A stretch of DNA of 64,000 bases from Myxococcota bacterium (lineage in GTDB: Bacteria > Myxococcota_A > UBA796 > SXON01). How positions within the stretch are numbered: position 1 is the first letter of the stretch; each line of letters starts with the position of its first letter. Location of the stretch: NCBI GenBank assembly GCA_040386535.1, contig JAZKFH010000032.1, positions 128,001 through 192,000 of the forward strand, given 5' to 3'. Below are positions 41,149 to 51,261 of the stretch, piece after piece. The notes beneath the pieces are model-generated. The model made no database searches and was not told where the DNA came from. It worked only from the letters and a program-made list of their open reading frames with translations. The position numbers and the translations under genes were made by a program.

Positions 41149-41891
41149 TTGCCACCTCCGGGTACGGCGACGGGTGCGGCGGCGGGGGCCGGGGCGATGT
41201 CAGCGGGCGCGGGGGCCGGCGTAGCAGGAGCCGGCGTCGAAGGGGCCGGTGTCGTCGGGGCCGGGATCTCGGCACCCGGCGGGACGGGCACGGGGACACT
41301 CCCCTCACCAGCTCCCTTGACCGCCGCGGTCCTGGCCGCGGAGGGTGTCACCAACCGCGCGGTGAGCTTGAAGGACTTGAGCGTGATGGAGAGGTTCTTC
41401 TCGGGGGCCATCGCCTCGATGTCCTGCAGGTACACCTGCTCGAAGTAGGGCGAGTCGTCGAGCGCGCGCAGGAAGTTGCTGATCACGTCGTTGCTGACGG
41501 AGACGCCGGTGACACGCACCTCGCCGCCCTTCTCCTCGACCTCGGTGAGGAACAGCTTCTCGGGCGCGGCGGCGGTGAGCTCGTCCAACATGTGGACGGG
41601 GCCCGACTTCTTGTCACGAAGCTCCTGGATGACCGCGAGCTTGCGCTCGAGCTCGGCCTTGAACTTCTCCATCTCGTCGACCTTGGCGACATCCGCGGCG
41701 AGGCGGTCGATCTCGGCCTGGAGAGCACCGTTCTCGGCGCGGGTGGAGCTGAGCTGGTAGGTGAAGAAGCCCCAGGTCGCGCCACACAGGAGCACCACCA
41801 GGAAGCCGCCGACCAGCGCCAACGACAGCTCGATGCGCGCGGCTTCGAGCTTCCGGGTCTGCCGGACGGGGAGGAGGTTTATGCGGATCAT
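41145..41891 (-). CDS. pilN: Type IV pilus assembly protein PilN
   Basis: MIRINLLP PilM-binding motif, TM helix and coiled coil. ATGA overlap with pilM. Confidence 0.93.
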   Translation of the reverse strand: MIRINLLPVRQTRKLEAARIELSLALVGGFLVVLLCGATWGFFTYQLSSTRAENGALQAEIDRLAADVAKVDEMEKFKAELERKLAVIQELRDKKSGPVHMLDELTAAAPEKLFLTEVEEKGGEVRVTGVSVSNDVISNFLRALDDSPYFEQVYLQDIEAMAPEKNLSITLKSFKLTARLVTPSAARTAAVKGAGEGSVPVPVPPGAEIPAPTTPAPSTPAPATPAPAPADIAPAPAAAPVAVPGGGK

Positions 41892-42958
41892 TTGTCGTCC
41901 GGCCTCCGCAATCCGAGCCCAACGACGACCGCGGCCTGGGGCGCCACGTCCTGGAGGAAGCGGGGGTTGAACGCCCGCTCGTCCACCTGGATCCTGCGGA
42001 ACGGATCGATGATGTCCACCGTGCAACCACACAGGCGATGCAAGGCAGCCCGCAAGCCCGGCGTCGAGGCGGCGCCTCCGGAGAGGGCCACCCGAGTCAG
42101 GGGCGCGCCGCCCGACGTGGAGAGGAAGAAGTCGAGGGACCGATGGATCTCGCTCGCGATGGTGTCCGACACGGTCGTGAGCACCCGCTCGACCTCTTCG
42201 GGCACGACCGCGGCGCGATCCTTGTCGCCGCCGCCTACCTTGAAGGCTTCGGCCTCCTCGTAGGACACGTTCATGGCACGTTGGATCTCTTCGGTGTAGG
42301 CCCGGCCGCCCATCGCGATGTCACGCGTGAACGCGCTCACACCGTTGCGAAGCACGTTCAGGTTCACCGTGGACGCGCCCACGTTCACGAGCGCGGTCGG
42401 CTCGCGGGGCAGGTCGTAATTGAGGGCGTACTGGTTCTCGAGGGCAAAGGCCGCCACGTCGATCACCGCGGGCCTCAGGCCGGCTTCGAGGACCAGGCTC
42501 TGGTACTCGTTGATCAGCTCCTTGCGGGCCGCCACCAACAGCACCTCCATCTGCCCGGCCTCGTCCGCCTGGCCCTTGAGGATGTGCGCGTCGATGTTGA
42601 CGTCGTTCACGTCGAAGGGGATGTACTGCTCCGCCTCCCAAGTGATCGACTCTTCCAGCTCCTCCTGCGTCATCACCGGCAGCGAGATCCGCTTGATGAT
42701 GACGGAGTTGCCGGCCACGCCGACGATCGCGTCACGCGACTTGACGCGATGCCGCGCGAGCAGCTCGCGGATCGTCGCGACGACCGCGCTCGTGTTCATG
42801 AACGCGCCGTCGACGATGGCCTCGGGAGGCACCGGCGCTACGCCAAAGTGTTTGAGACGCCGACGGCCCGAACGGTCTAGTTCGAACTCGAGCATCTTTA
42901 CGTGGCTGGATCCGATGTCCAGCGCGACCGCATTTCGGGGACGGGCAAACAGGGCCAA
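41888..42958 (-). CDS. pilM: Type IV pilus assembly protein PilM
   Basis: LDIGSS.VK, WEAEQYIPF, LLVAA, VGASTVNL and LSGG; actin-like fold. Confidence 0.95.
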   Translation of the reverse strand: MALFARPRNAVALDIGSSHVKMLEFELDRSGRRRLKHFGVAPVPPEAIVDGAFMNTSAVVATIRELLARHRVKSRDAIVGVAGNSVIIKRISLPVMTQEELEESITWEAEQYIPFDVNDVNIDAHILKGQADEAGQMEVLLVAARKELINEYQSLVLEAGLRPAVIDVAAFALENQYALNYDLPREPTALVNVGASTVNLNVLRNGVSAFTRDIAMGGRAYTEEIQRAMNVSYEEAEAFKVGGGDKDRAAVVPEEVERVLTTVSDTIASEIHRSLDFFLSTSGGAPLTRVALSGGAASTPGLRAALHRLCGCTVDIIDPFRRIQVDERAFNPRFLQDVAPQAAVVVGLGLRRPDDK

Positions 42959-42983
42959 ACCGATTCCTTCGAAAGGCAGTGCG

Positions 42984-43013
42984 GTTGTAGCAGGAAGCGA
43001 TCGAGCGGGTCAA
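42984..43013 (-). promoter_or_regulatory. Putative sigma70-type promoter of the pilMNOPQ-aro-acc operon
   Basis: Minus strand reads TTGACC-18 nt-TACAAC with an extended TG, 25 nt upstream of the pilM start. Confidence 0.55.
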
Positions 43014-43034
43014 CCGCGTGCAGGCCGCGATAGG

Positions 43035-45869
43035 ATGCCGAGCGTGCGCGTGTCGTCCACCGCTTCCCTCTCTCCCTGGCTGGCGGCAGTCGGAGTCGGC
43101 TGCGTCGGCTCGCTGTCTGTCCGGCTTTGCACCGACGTGTTCGCGGCGGGCCCGCTTCCGCTGCTCGTGGCGTTGGCCCTCGCCGCACCCGCTGCCACCT
43201 GGGCGCCCCGGAGCCCGCGAATCCAGCTGGGAGCTGCGGCATTCTCCACACTTCTCGTGGCATTTTCCGACGAATTGACACGGGCGATCGTGTGGTTGGC
43301 GGGGTACCGCGGCCTGCCGCCGATCGGCGCCGCCGTCGGACTTCTCGTCGGTCTGGGGTTGGGCAGTCCGCTGCGGAGCGCCGCGGCGCGCGCGGGGCGG
43401 GGCCCCTGGGCGCTGGCCCTCGCGTGCTTCGCCGGGGGCGCGTGGGTCGATCGAAACGTGCTGTTGATCGTCATCCTGGGGGCGGGTGCGCTGGTGGTCT
43501 CCGTGGCGCGCACCGAGGAGGCCGCTCCCGCCAGCCCGCCGTGGCGCGCGTTGGTTGGGCGTTCGTTCCTCACATTGCCAGTCGCGCTCGTGGCGTTGGG
43601 AGGGTGGGCAGTGGCGCGGCCCACCCTCGATCCCACCGTGCTCGGGCTCGTGGCCCTGGTCTGCGGGCTCGGGATGGGGGCGCTCGCGGGCCGAGCCGCC
43701 GGTCTCGCCGTGCTGGGCGTGGCGCTCACGGCCGGAATGGTCGGCCTGGTCACCACGCGCCTGCCCGACGTGCTGGGCGCATCCCCCCACGCCGGCCTGC
43801 TCGTGTTCGCTGCGTTCGGGCTCGGGCTCGGCCCGCTGCTCGGCGCGCTCCTCGGAGCCGCGGGCCGCGATCGGCGCGCCCTCTCCGTGATCCTGGGGAT
43901 GACGGCGCTCGTCCTTTCCGCGGTGGCGGGGGCGCTGCCGATGGGCCTCGCGGCGCGCGCGGCGACGGCGAACGCGGCGACCGCCTCGTCGATGGAGCGC
44001 CTCGCCGCCCTGCGCGGCCGCGCCACCCTCCTCTGGGCCGGCGTGGGGCCGACCGGCGCGGCGGCGCTGTACCGCGACGACACCCACGTGGTCGTCGAGC
44101 TCGAGGGCGGGCTGGCCGACGCCGACACCCGCGCCGGCGCCGCCGAACGTTTTGCGGGCACGCTCGCGGCCTGCGCCACCGGCGAGCGCACCCGCGCGCG
44201 GGTGGGTGGAGACGACCTCGGGCTGGCGGTCGAGGCCCTGCGCGCCCAGGGATTCCTGTCCATCGACACGGCCGTGCCCGACGCGAGCCTCGCGCGCGCG
44301 CAGGCCGACGCCCTCCCGGCCCTCGCCCGCGGCTGGCTCCACCCCTCGGTCCGGCTCGTCGCGCTCCCCTCGCCCGCCGTGCTCCGCGCCGGGCCGCGCG
44401 CGGATGCCGTCGTGGACCTCGTGCGCAGCCCCTTCACCGACGGGCGCCACACCTTCCCGGACACGAGCGCCTTGCGCGCGGCCCGCGCCGGCCTCACCCC
44501 GGGCGGCGTCCACGTGCTCGCCGTCGCCACCACGATGCTGGACGAGGCGGCGCTCCGCGCGCTCCTGCTCGATTTTGCCGACGTGTACACGAACGCCTCC
44601 TTGTGGCTCCCCCCCGAGGGCGCCGACACCGCGCTCCTCCTCGGCACGGCGGCCGGGGGCGCGCTCCCCTGGGCGGGCTTCGAGCGCTGCGTGGCCGCCG
44701 ACCGGAAGGGACTCGAATCCGCCTCGCTCCGCAGCGCGCTCGACATCGGCGCGCTCGCGATGGCTGACGCCAACGCGCTCCGCACCCTCGCCCCCGGCCG
44801 TTCGAACGGGCCGGGCCTCCCCGGCTCCCTCCGCGCGCCGCCGGGGCTGCCCCTCGCCGCCCTCGCCGCCCTCACGGCCGCCCCCGCCACCCTCTACGAC
44901 GGCGCCCCCGTCGTGGACCTCGCGGCGCGCGCGCCGAGCCGGGCGCTGCTGCTGGAGATGCTCCTGGAGGCCACACGCGGCGACATCCGCGACGCCTTCA
45001 CCCGCGCCCGCGCCCTCGCCGAGACGCCCGGGGGCGCCCGCGCGCTCGAACCTGTCGTGCGCCCCCACCTCGTGCGCGCGCGGCAGGCGATCACGCGCGG
45101 CAAACGTGAAGGCATCGCGTCGAAGGCCTGGGAGGACGCGGAGGCCGCGATCAGCACCGCCCGTGCCCTGGCGCCCGCGTACGCCGCGACCCGGTGCCTC
45201 GAGGGCGAGCTGGCGGGCGAGCGCGGGCAGCTGGCTCGCGCCGAGGAGTCCTTCGCGGCCTGCGCCGAGCTCGATCCCACCTCGCTCTACGCGCACGACG
45301 GCCTCGCGCGGGCCCGGCGCTCGCGGGGAGACCTCCTCGGCACCGAGACCGCGCTCCGCGCCGCGTTGCGCGCGCGCCCCGACGTGTGGACCACGGCCCA
45401 GAATCTAGGCTTCTTCCTCCTCGAATACGGCCGCCACGACGAGGCCGAACGCCTGTTGAAGCAGGCCTCCGCGACCCAGGCCCGCGGCGGCGGCCCGGCG
45501 GCGCCCGCCCCCTACCTCGCCCTCGCGAGCCTGTACCTCGCGTCGGAGCGCCCCGAGCTCGCGCTCGCCCAGGCGCAACGCGCGACGACCCTCGCCCCGA
45601 ACCCCGACGCGTTCGCCCTCCGCGGCGCCGCTCGTTTCGAGCTCCGCCAGCTGGACGAGGCGGAGAACGACTATCGCGAGGCGCTGAAGCTCGACCCCTC
45701 GCACGTCCTGGCGCGGGGCGGGCTCGGCCAGGTGCAGGCGACGCGCGGCGAGTACGAGCTCGCGGCCCAGAGCTGGCAGGCGGTCCTCACGGCCGACCCG
45801 GACAACGCCAAGGCGCGCGAGAACCTGCGGCTCGTGGGGCCGCGGCTCAAGGACCTCCAGCGGCCGTAG
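43035..45869 (+). CDS. Polytopic membrane protein with a degenerate spermidine synthase/methyltransferase-like domain and C-terminal TPRs
   Basis: About 330 aa of TM helices, then HPSVRLV..., ADAVVD and LTPGGV (aminopropyltransferase-like core), then TPR repeats. Start is ATG 43035 or GTG 43044. Confidence 0.6.
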   Translation: MPSVRVSSTASLSPWLAAVGVGCVGSLSVRLCTDVFAAGPLPLLVALALAAPAATWAPRSPRIQLGAAAFSTLLVAFSDELTRAIVWLAGYRGLPPIGAAVGLLVGLGLGSPLRSAAARAGRGPWALALACFAGGAWVDRNVLLIVILGAGALVVSVARTEEAAPASPPWRALVGRSFLTLPVALVALGGWAVARPTLDPTVLGLVALVCGLGMGALAGRAAGLAVLGVALTAGMVGLVTTRLPDVLGASPHAGLLVFAAFGLGLGPLLGALLGAAGRDRRALSVILGMTALVLSAVAGALPMGLAARAATANAATASSMERLAALRGRATLLWAGVGPTGAAALYRDDTHVVVELEGGLADADTRAGAAERFAGTLAACATGERTRARVGGDDLGLAVEALRAQGFLSIDTAVPDASLARAQADALPALARGWLHPSVRLVALPSPAVLRAGPRADAVVDLVRSPFTDGRHTFPDTSALRAARAGLTPGGVHVLAVATTMLDEAALRALLLDFADVYTNASLWLPPEGADTALLLGTAAGGALPWAGFERCVAADRKGLESASLRSALDIGALAMADANALRTLAPGRSNGPGLPGSLRAPPGLPLAALAALTAAPATLYDGAPVVDLAARAPSRALLLEMLLEATRGDIRDAFTRARALAETPGGARALEPVVRPHLVRARQAITRGKREGIASKAWEDAEAAISTARALAPAYAATRCLEGELAGERGQLARAEESFAACAELDPTSLYAHDGLARARRSRGDLLGTETALRAALRARPDVWTTAQNLGFFLLEYGRHDEAERLLKQASATQARGGGPAAPAPYLALASLYLASERPELALAQAQRATTLAPNPDAFALRGAARFELRQLDEAENDYREALKLDPSHVLARGGLGQVQATRGEYELAAQSWQAVLTADPDNAKARENLRLVGPRLKDLQRP

Positions 45870-45999
45870 GCGAGGCGTCCTGCGAAGCAGTGGAGCCGCC
45901 GACCTCGTCTGGACCACCCCCGCCCCGCGGCGGCCGCGCGCCCGGGCGCGGGCCGGCTGCCCGATCGATGTCCGCCCGACTGCTCCTACCGGACTGGTC

Positions 46000-48900
46000 C
46001 TAGTAGATCTCCATCCACGCGATGGCGGCGGTCCCGAGGAACGGGTCGGTCGCGGCGCGGATGGTCTCGATCGAGCCGTCGGTCGTACCGGCGTAGATCG
46101 TGCCGTCCCCCGCGGTCACGCCGGACACGAACTCGTCGGCGAACTCCGCGTAGGGCGAATCCGAGGGGGTGACGCCGTCCGTTCCGTTCGTGTCGATGCC
46201 GGGGCTGCAATCGTCGAACTGGAGGCCGTAGACACGGCCGTTGCCGATCTCGCAGCGGTCCGCGTCGGGCACGTAGGTCGTGAAGTAGACGACGCCCGCG
46301 TACACCAGCGGATCGGCGGTGAGGCCCTCGCCGGCGTCGAGCGGGTAGTACCCGTCGTTGCCGTTGCACGGGATGGGCTGCGCGGTGCTGGCGCAGCTCA
46401 ACGGGCTCTCGTCGTACATCGCGAAGAAGTAGCCGGTGTTCGACGCGTCGCGATCGAAGGGCGTCCCGGTGCCCCAGTAGATGCCGAGCGAGCCGTCGCT
46501 CAGCCACGCCGTGGTGGCCGCGTAGTACACCTCGGGGCGCACGCCGACGCCGTTGGTGCCGTCGGTGCCGGTCATCGGGTCGTAGAACTCGCACCAGGTC
46601 AGGTCGTCCGGCTGGGTCGTGTTCAGGATGGCCTTGTACATCCAGGAGGAGCCGGGATCCTCGGGGTCCGCCGCGCCGGCGCCGCCCTCGTCGGTGGGGC
46701 GGTAGGTCGAGGTCACGGGGAAGTAGAGGACGTCGCCGTCGCCATCACCGTCCACGTCGACCGCGGCGAGCGCCGCCGAGATGTAGCCGTGCTCGAAGTT
46801 GGCATCGGCGTCGAGGTTCAGGTCGCTCGGGGTCTCGCCGCCGCCCATCGAGACCGAGTCCGGAAACTTGGTCCGGATGTTGTCGCCGCCGTCCTCGTAG
46901 CCGACGCTCTCGGAGCCCCAGGCGTCGTCACCGACGTTCCACATGTAGAGGTTGACCTCGGAGGACTCCCAGTAGTTGGTCCCCGAGGCGCCCGCGTAGC
47001 CGACGGCGCGCCCGCCGCCCCACATCGCGACCCATTGGTCGGGCCCGGTCGGGAAGCGCGCGTCGTACACGTTGAACACGACGGGGCGGCCGGTGCCGTA
47101 GCCCTGCGCGGTCGTGTCGTCGGCGTTGACCTGCTCCCAGAGGAAGGTCGGCGCGCTGGTGTCGGTGATGTCGAGCGCGAGCGTGACCGGGCCGCCCATT
47201 CCCTGCTGCACGACCACGACGCGGTGCCACTCGTCGGCGGCCTTGACGCCATCGCCGTTGTCGTCGATCCACACGTCTTCCACGACGGGGCTGCCGTCGA
47301 AGAGGAAGGTCTTGCCGTACCACATCAGGTCGACGAGGCTGTTCGCCCACTCCTCGTCCTTGTCGCGCATCAGCAGGTAGCCGGGCACCCACGCCCAGAG
47401 CTCCTCGCCCGCCTCGTCCTCCGTGGCGGTGGCGGGGTCGTCTTCGAGGCGGAACGCGTGCAACATGCCGTCGTTCGCGGCGAGCAGCACGATGGAGGGG
47501 ACGTCCTCGGCCTCGAGCGTCGCGAGGAACTCGCGGTAGGTCGCGTCGGTCGAGAAGTTGTTGTCGCGGGCGCTCACGACGACCGGGATGGAGTACGGCG
47601 AGTCGCCGAGCTTCCAGGTGCCGCGGGCCATGTCGAGGTACCGGAACTCGGCCTCGGGCAGGCCGCGGGCGAAGTCGATGAGGGACTGGAGATCGTCGCC
47701 GTCGACGCCGCAGTCCTGGTTCAGGTCGTACCGCTCGTCGTCCGAGCAGTCGCCCGCGGTCGTGCTGGCGTACTCCATGTACAGGTCGAGGGTGCTCGGG
47801 CTGCCGCCGACCGCCTGCGCGAACTCGTAGTCGAAGCCGATGCGCCGGGTCAGGCTCGCCTCGGAGCCGAGCGAGCTGACCATGTACGCGTAGTCTTCGT
47901 ACGTGTAGATGTCGCGCTTGCCGACACCGTCACGGTCCTCGGGGTTGGACTCCGACGCCGTGACCGGGCGGCTCACGAGGAGATCTCCGCCGTCCCACAC
48001 CGCGCCGCCGTACGCGCTCGGGCCCTCGTAGACGACCTCGCCGTAGGTGGTCGACGCCGGATCGTCGTCGAGCTCGTAGGCGCGCACGTGGCCCTGGGCC
48101 AGCGGGTTGTCGCCGGTGACCTCGTAGAACGTGTAGATGAGGTAGGAGCCGTCCGCCGTGACCACGGGGGTCGACCGGGTGTACTGCCCCGCCGCGATCT
48201 CGCTCATGATCGCGAGGATGCCCGCCAGGATCTCGCCACCGTTCGTCGCGTCGGTGTAGATGCCGTCCCCGACGGTGTTGGTGCTCGCGTTGTCGAAGAG
48301 CTGCTCGGCGATGGAGCCCGACGGCACGCCGAGCGAGATCGTGTGCACGAACGCGCGCTGAACGTCGGACAGCGACGACAGATCCAGGTTGTACATGTGC
48401 GCGACGACGTTGTCGTACATGCACTGCACGTCGGGCGAGGCGATCCCGAACGCGTCGCACGCGATCTCACCGGCGGTCGCGTTGCTGGCGGCCGCGTAGG
48501 CGAAGTCGACCTGCTCGTCGTCGACGGGGCGATCCTTCGCGAGCACGATGATGTGCGTGTCGGTGCAGGTGTAGCCGATGGGGGTCTCGCCCCAGTCACC
48601 GGTCATGCCGTCACCGTCGTCGTCCTCCTCGTCGTCGTACGTGCCGTTCTGCAGGTAGGACACCGAGACGCTCTCGACCACCTCGGCGAGGTTGCGCGTG
48701 GCGCCGGGCCAGGTCGTGACCGCGGCGAGCGCCGTGGCGATCTCGGCGTAGGAGCTGCCGACGGGCGCGATGGGGTAGAAGCTCTCGTCGCCCGGGTCGG
48801 AGCTGGTGCCGACCACGCCGTAGGCCGCGGTGTCCCAGTGGCGCGCGACCTGCTGGATCGCGTCGAGGGTGTCCTGGAGGCACGAGTCCCCGAGCCCGCT

Positions 48901-49074
48901 GCCGTCACACGGCACGGCCATGTCGGCAGAGAGGTCCACCACGAAGATCACCACCGGCGGCACGCGCTCGATGGTGGAGAGGAGCTCGTCCGTGCCGGTG
49001 CTGGCGGCCCACGAGGGCGCCCCGAGCAGGAGGAGGAGGGCGAGCGGGGCCCGATGGAACGGAAGGCGGCTCAT
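46000..49074 (-). CDS. pilY1: PilC/PilY1 family type IV pilus adhesin
   Basis: Signal peptide, vWA-like N-terminal region (VIFVVDLS), WKLGD, ANDGMLHAF, GEELWAWVP, DGSP, ALDITD, GTG and VVYFTTY.P. Start ATG 49074. Confidence 0.9.
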   Translation of the reverse strand: MSRLPFHRAPLALLLLLGAPSWAASTGTDELLSTIERVPPVVIFVVDLSADMAVPCDGSGLGDSCLQDTLDAIQQVARHWDTAAYGVVGTSSDPGDESFYPIAPVGSSYAEIATALAAVTTWPGATRNLAEVVESVSVSYLQNGTYDDEEDDDGDGMTGDWGETPIGYTCTDTHIIVLAKDRPVDDEQVDFAYAAASNATAGEIACDAFGIASPDVQCMYDNVVAHMYNLDLSSLSDVQRAFVHTISLGVPSGSIAEQLFDNASTNTVGDGIYTDATNGGEILAGILAIMSEIAAGQYTRSTPVVTADGSYLIYTFYEVTGDNPLAQGHVRAYELDDDPASTTYGEVVYEGPSAYGGAVWDGGDLLVSRPVTASESNPEDRDGVGKRDIYTYEDYAYMVSSLGSEASLTRRIGFDYEFAQAVGGSPSTLDLYMEYASTTAGDCSDDERYDLNQDCGVDGDDLQSLIDFARGLPEAEFRYLDMARGTWKLGDSPYSIPVVVSARDNNFSTDATYREFLATLEAEDVPSIVLLAANDGMLHAFRLEDDPATATEDEAGEELWAWVPGYLLMRDKDEEWANSLVDLMWYGKTFLFDGSPVVEDVWIDDNGDGVKAADEWHRVVVVQQGMGGPVTLALDITDTSAPTFLWEQVNADDTTAQGYGTGRPVVFNVYDARFPTGPDQWVAMWGGGRAVGYAGASGTNYWESSEVNLYMWNVGDDAWGSESVGYEDGGDNIRTKFPDSVSMGGGETPSDLNLDADANFEHGYISAALAAVDVDGDGDGDVLYFPVTSTYRPTDEGGAGAADPEDPGSSWMYKAILNTTQPDDLTWCEFYDPMTGTDGTNGVGVRPEVYYAATTAWLSDGSLGIYWGTGTPFDRDASNTGYFFAMYDESPLSCASTAQPIPCNGNDGYYPLDAGEGLTADPLVYAGVVYFTTYVPDADRCEIGNGRVYGLQFDDCSPGIDTNGTDGVTPSDSPYAEFADEFVSGVTAGDGTIYAGTTDGSIETIRAATDPFLGTAAIAWMEIY

Positions 49075-49082
49075 GGCGTACC

Positions 49083-49634
49083 TCACCGGATCTTGCAGTC
49101 GCCGCGGACGACCTTGCGAACGGTCGAGACCACGACGGCCTGGGTGGGGTTGATCTGCGTGTAGGCGGCGTCGTCGAAGGTGGCGCGGGAGCGCATGTCC
49201 CAGAAGTCGGAGCGGTACCCGGCGCGGCCGAGCTCGGTGCTGTACCCGGGAGGCGGGTTGGAGCACTTCTGGAAGACGGCGTCGACCTCGTAGATGCCCT
49301 GGCTCATCGGATACGGGAACGCGAGCCCCTCGAAGGCGGCCTCCGCCTGGGTCTTCGGCACGAACATGCTGCCCGTGTCCGCCGTGTCCCACCCCTCGTT
49401 CGCCGGGTTCTCCGACTGGAGGAGGAACCGGGCGTGCTCGGTGCCCGCGTCCGCCGTGTTGAGCACCATCATGTGCCGACGGTTGTGCGTCGCCACGCGC
49501 TGATCCACGCCCGCCACCGACAACGACGTGGCGCCGATGATGGTCAACAGCGCGATGAGTACCAGCGCCACGAGCATGGCGTAGCCCTCACGGCGTGACG
49601 CGCGACCGGAGGCAGGCAAGGTCGGCTTCATCAT
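49083..49634 (-). CDS. pilX: Minor pilin PilX
   Basis: RREG|YAMLVALVLIALLTIIG class III signal lacking Glu5, A.AG motif; immediately upstream of pilY1. Confidence 0.85.
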   Translation of the reverse strand: MMKPTLPASGRASRREGYAMLVALVLIALLTIIGATSLSVAGVDQRVATHNRRHMMVLNTADAGTEHARFLLQSENPANEGWDTADTGSMFVPKTQAEAAFEGLAFPYPMSQGIYEVDAVFQKCSNPPPGYSTELGRAGYRSDFWDMRSRATFDDAAYTQINPTQAVVVSTVRKVVRGDCKIR

Positions 49635-50728
49635 AGGAGGCCCTGGAGACGCATGTTCCGCACGGTGACCTCGGTGGAGAGCACCTGGCGGAAGTAGTGG
49701 TCGCTCCCCGTCGATGCGGGGTTGTCCTCGAGGGCCGGGCGCTGCCCGGGGTGGAGGCGCTTCAGATCCTCGCGGCTCGAGCGCACGACGAGGCTGATGC
49801 GGATCATGTACACCTCGCTCGCCTGGTCGGCGGCGATCGTGTCGACCCAGGCCGCCGCGTCCGAGCAGTCGGTCGTCCCGGCGCCGGCGGCGAGGCAGTA
49901 GGCGAACTGGATGTCCTCGACGTTGTCGACCAGCGGCACGTCGTCCGCGTCGGGCGACTCGAAGTCGAGATCCATCATGAGCACCGGGTGGTCGGCGCTG
50001 CCCGCGCCGATGCCGTCGCTGTCGTCATTGTCGATGTAGAAGGTGACCACCTCGGCCCGCGAGCACGACATCACCAGCGGCAGGTTCTCGGCGGCGGGGC
50101 AGGTGATCGCGTAGTCGGCGTAGATCGCGTTCGACTCGACCGTGAGCTCACCGGAGCCGACGTTGGCGTCCGCCGTCATCGGCCACAAGAAGCTGCGGAA
50201 GCCCCCGATCGCGGCGTAGTCGTAACACATGAGGAGCTCGCCCTCGTGATACTGCGCCACGCGCGCCGCGTTGTGCAGCACCGCGGTGTCGACCGTGAGC
50301 GTGGTCGTCGCGCAGCTCGGCGGGAAGGTCGACGACGTGTTGACCACGAGCGAGGGGTCCATCGAGACGAGCGTGATGGCGTCGCTGCCGTTGGGGCCCG
50401 TGTTGTTGAACGACATGATCGCGGGGAGCGAGCTGTCGTCCACCCCGCCGGCGCCGAACACGCCCGACGTCGTGCCGTTCGTGCCGTACCCGGCGAGGCG
50501 CGCGGTGCGGCTCATCATGTCGGTCGCGAGCCGCGTGTTCTGGTGCATCTCCATCTGGAGATCCTGGTACACGAACTGCCGGACCTGCCCGGTGAACAGG
50601 TTGTAGAGCGCCGCGACCACGAACAGGCCGATGACGAGCGCGAACATCAGCTCGATGAGCGTGAAGCCGACCCGGGACCCGTTCCGGGTGGTGCGCGTGA
50701 AGGTGGTCCGCGTGAAGGTCGTGCGCAT
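49631..50728 (-). CDS. pilW: Minor pilin PilW
   Basis: G|FTLIELM, MHQN.R...M.R..RLAGY, DNVEDIQF.Y and V.VRN. Start ATG 50728. Confidence 0.87.
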   Translation of the reverse strand: MRTTFTRTTFTRTTRNGSRVGFTLIELMFALVIGLFVVAALYNLFTGQVRQFVYQDLQMEMHQNTRLATDMMSRTARLAGYGTNGTTSGVFGAGGVDDSSLPAIMSFNNTGPNGSDAITLVSMDPSLVVNTSSTFPPSCATTTLTVDTAVLHNAARVAQYHEGELLMCYDYAAIGGFRSFLWPMTADANVGSGELTVESNAIYADYAITCPAAENLPLVMSCSRAEVVTFYIDNDDSDGIGAGSADHPVLMMDLDFESPDADDVPLVDNVEDIQFAYCLAAGAGTTDCSDAAAWVDTIAADQASEVYMIRISLVVRSSREDLKRLHPGQRPALEDNPASTGSDHYFRQVLSTEVTVRNMRLQGLL

Positions 50729-51261
50729 CAGGAGTCCCGGTAACGGAACGACGAGATGGTCGTGCCATGACGGGTGTCGAAAGCCGAATCTTCGTAGGTG
50801 CAGCGCACGCGCAGCCGGACCCAGGTTGCGTTCGCGTCCATGTCCTCGACATCCCACGTGACGGTGTAGAGCGACGGCAAGGTGGGGCTCCCCGACGTGC
50901 TGTTGACCGCGTTGACCTCGGCCGGGGCGGTGGGCCACTCCAGCTCGTCGTTGACGCCGGCCGAGTCGGCATCCACCGAGCCGCCGTTGGTCAGCTCGGT
51001 CGGGCGCGAGGTGCTCGCCCAGTCCATCGACAACAGGCGCTCCATCTGCGTCTGCGCCAGGTAGGTGCAGTCCGTCAGGCGGCGCGCGTTCATGTTGGCG
51101 CGGAGGGCCTGGCTGTGGAAGCCGAACATGACGATGAGCGAGAAGCCGAGCAGCGCCGAGGCGATGAGGACTTCCACCATCGTGAAGCCGGCGCGCCCGG
51201 AGACGCGGGAGAGGCCGGAGAGGCCGGTGGTGCGGCGTCCTGAAGCGAGGGTGCGTGTCAT
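50728..51261 (-). CDS. pilV: Minor pilin PilV
   Basis: G|FTMVEVLIA and LAQTQMERL. Start ATG 51261 (ATGA overlap). Confidence 0.85.
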   Translation of the reverse strand: MTRTLASGRRTTGLSGLSRVSGRAGFTMVEVLIASALLGFSLIVMFGFHSQALRANMNARRLTDCTYLAQTQMERLLSMDWASTSRPTELTNGGSVDADSAGVNDELEWPTAPAEVNAVNSTSGSPTLPSLYTVTWDVEDMDANATWVRLRVRCTYEDSAFDTRHGTTISSFRYRDS

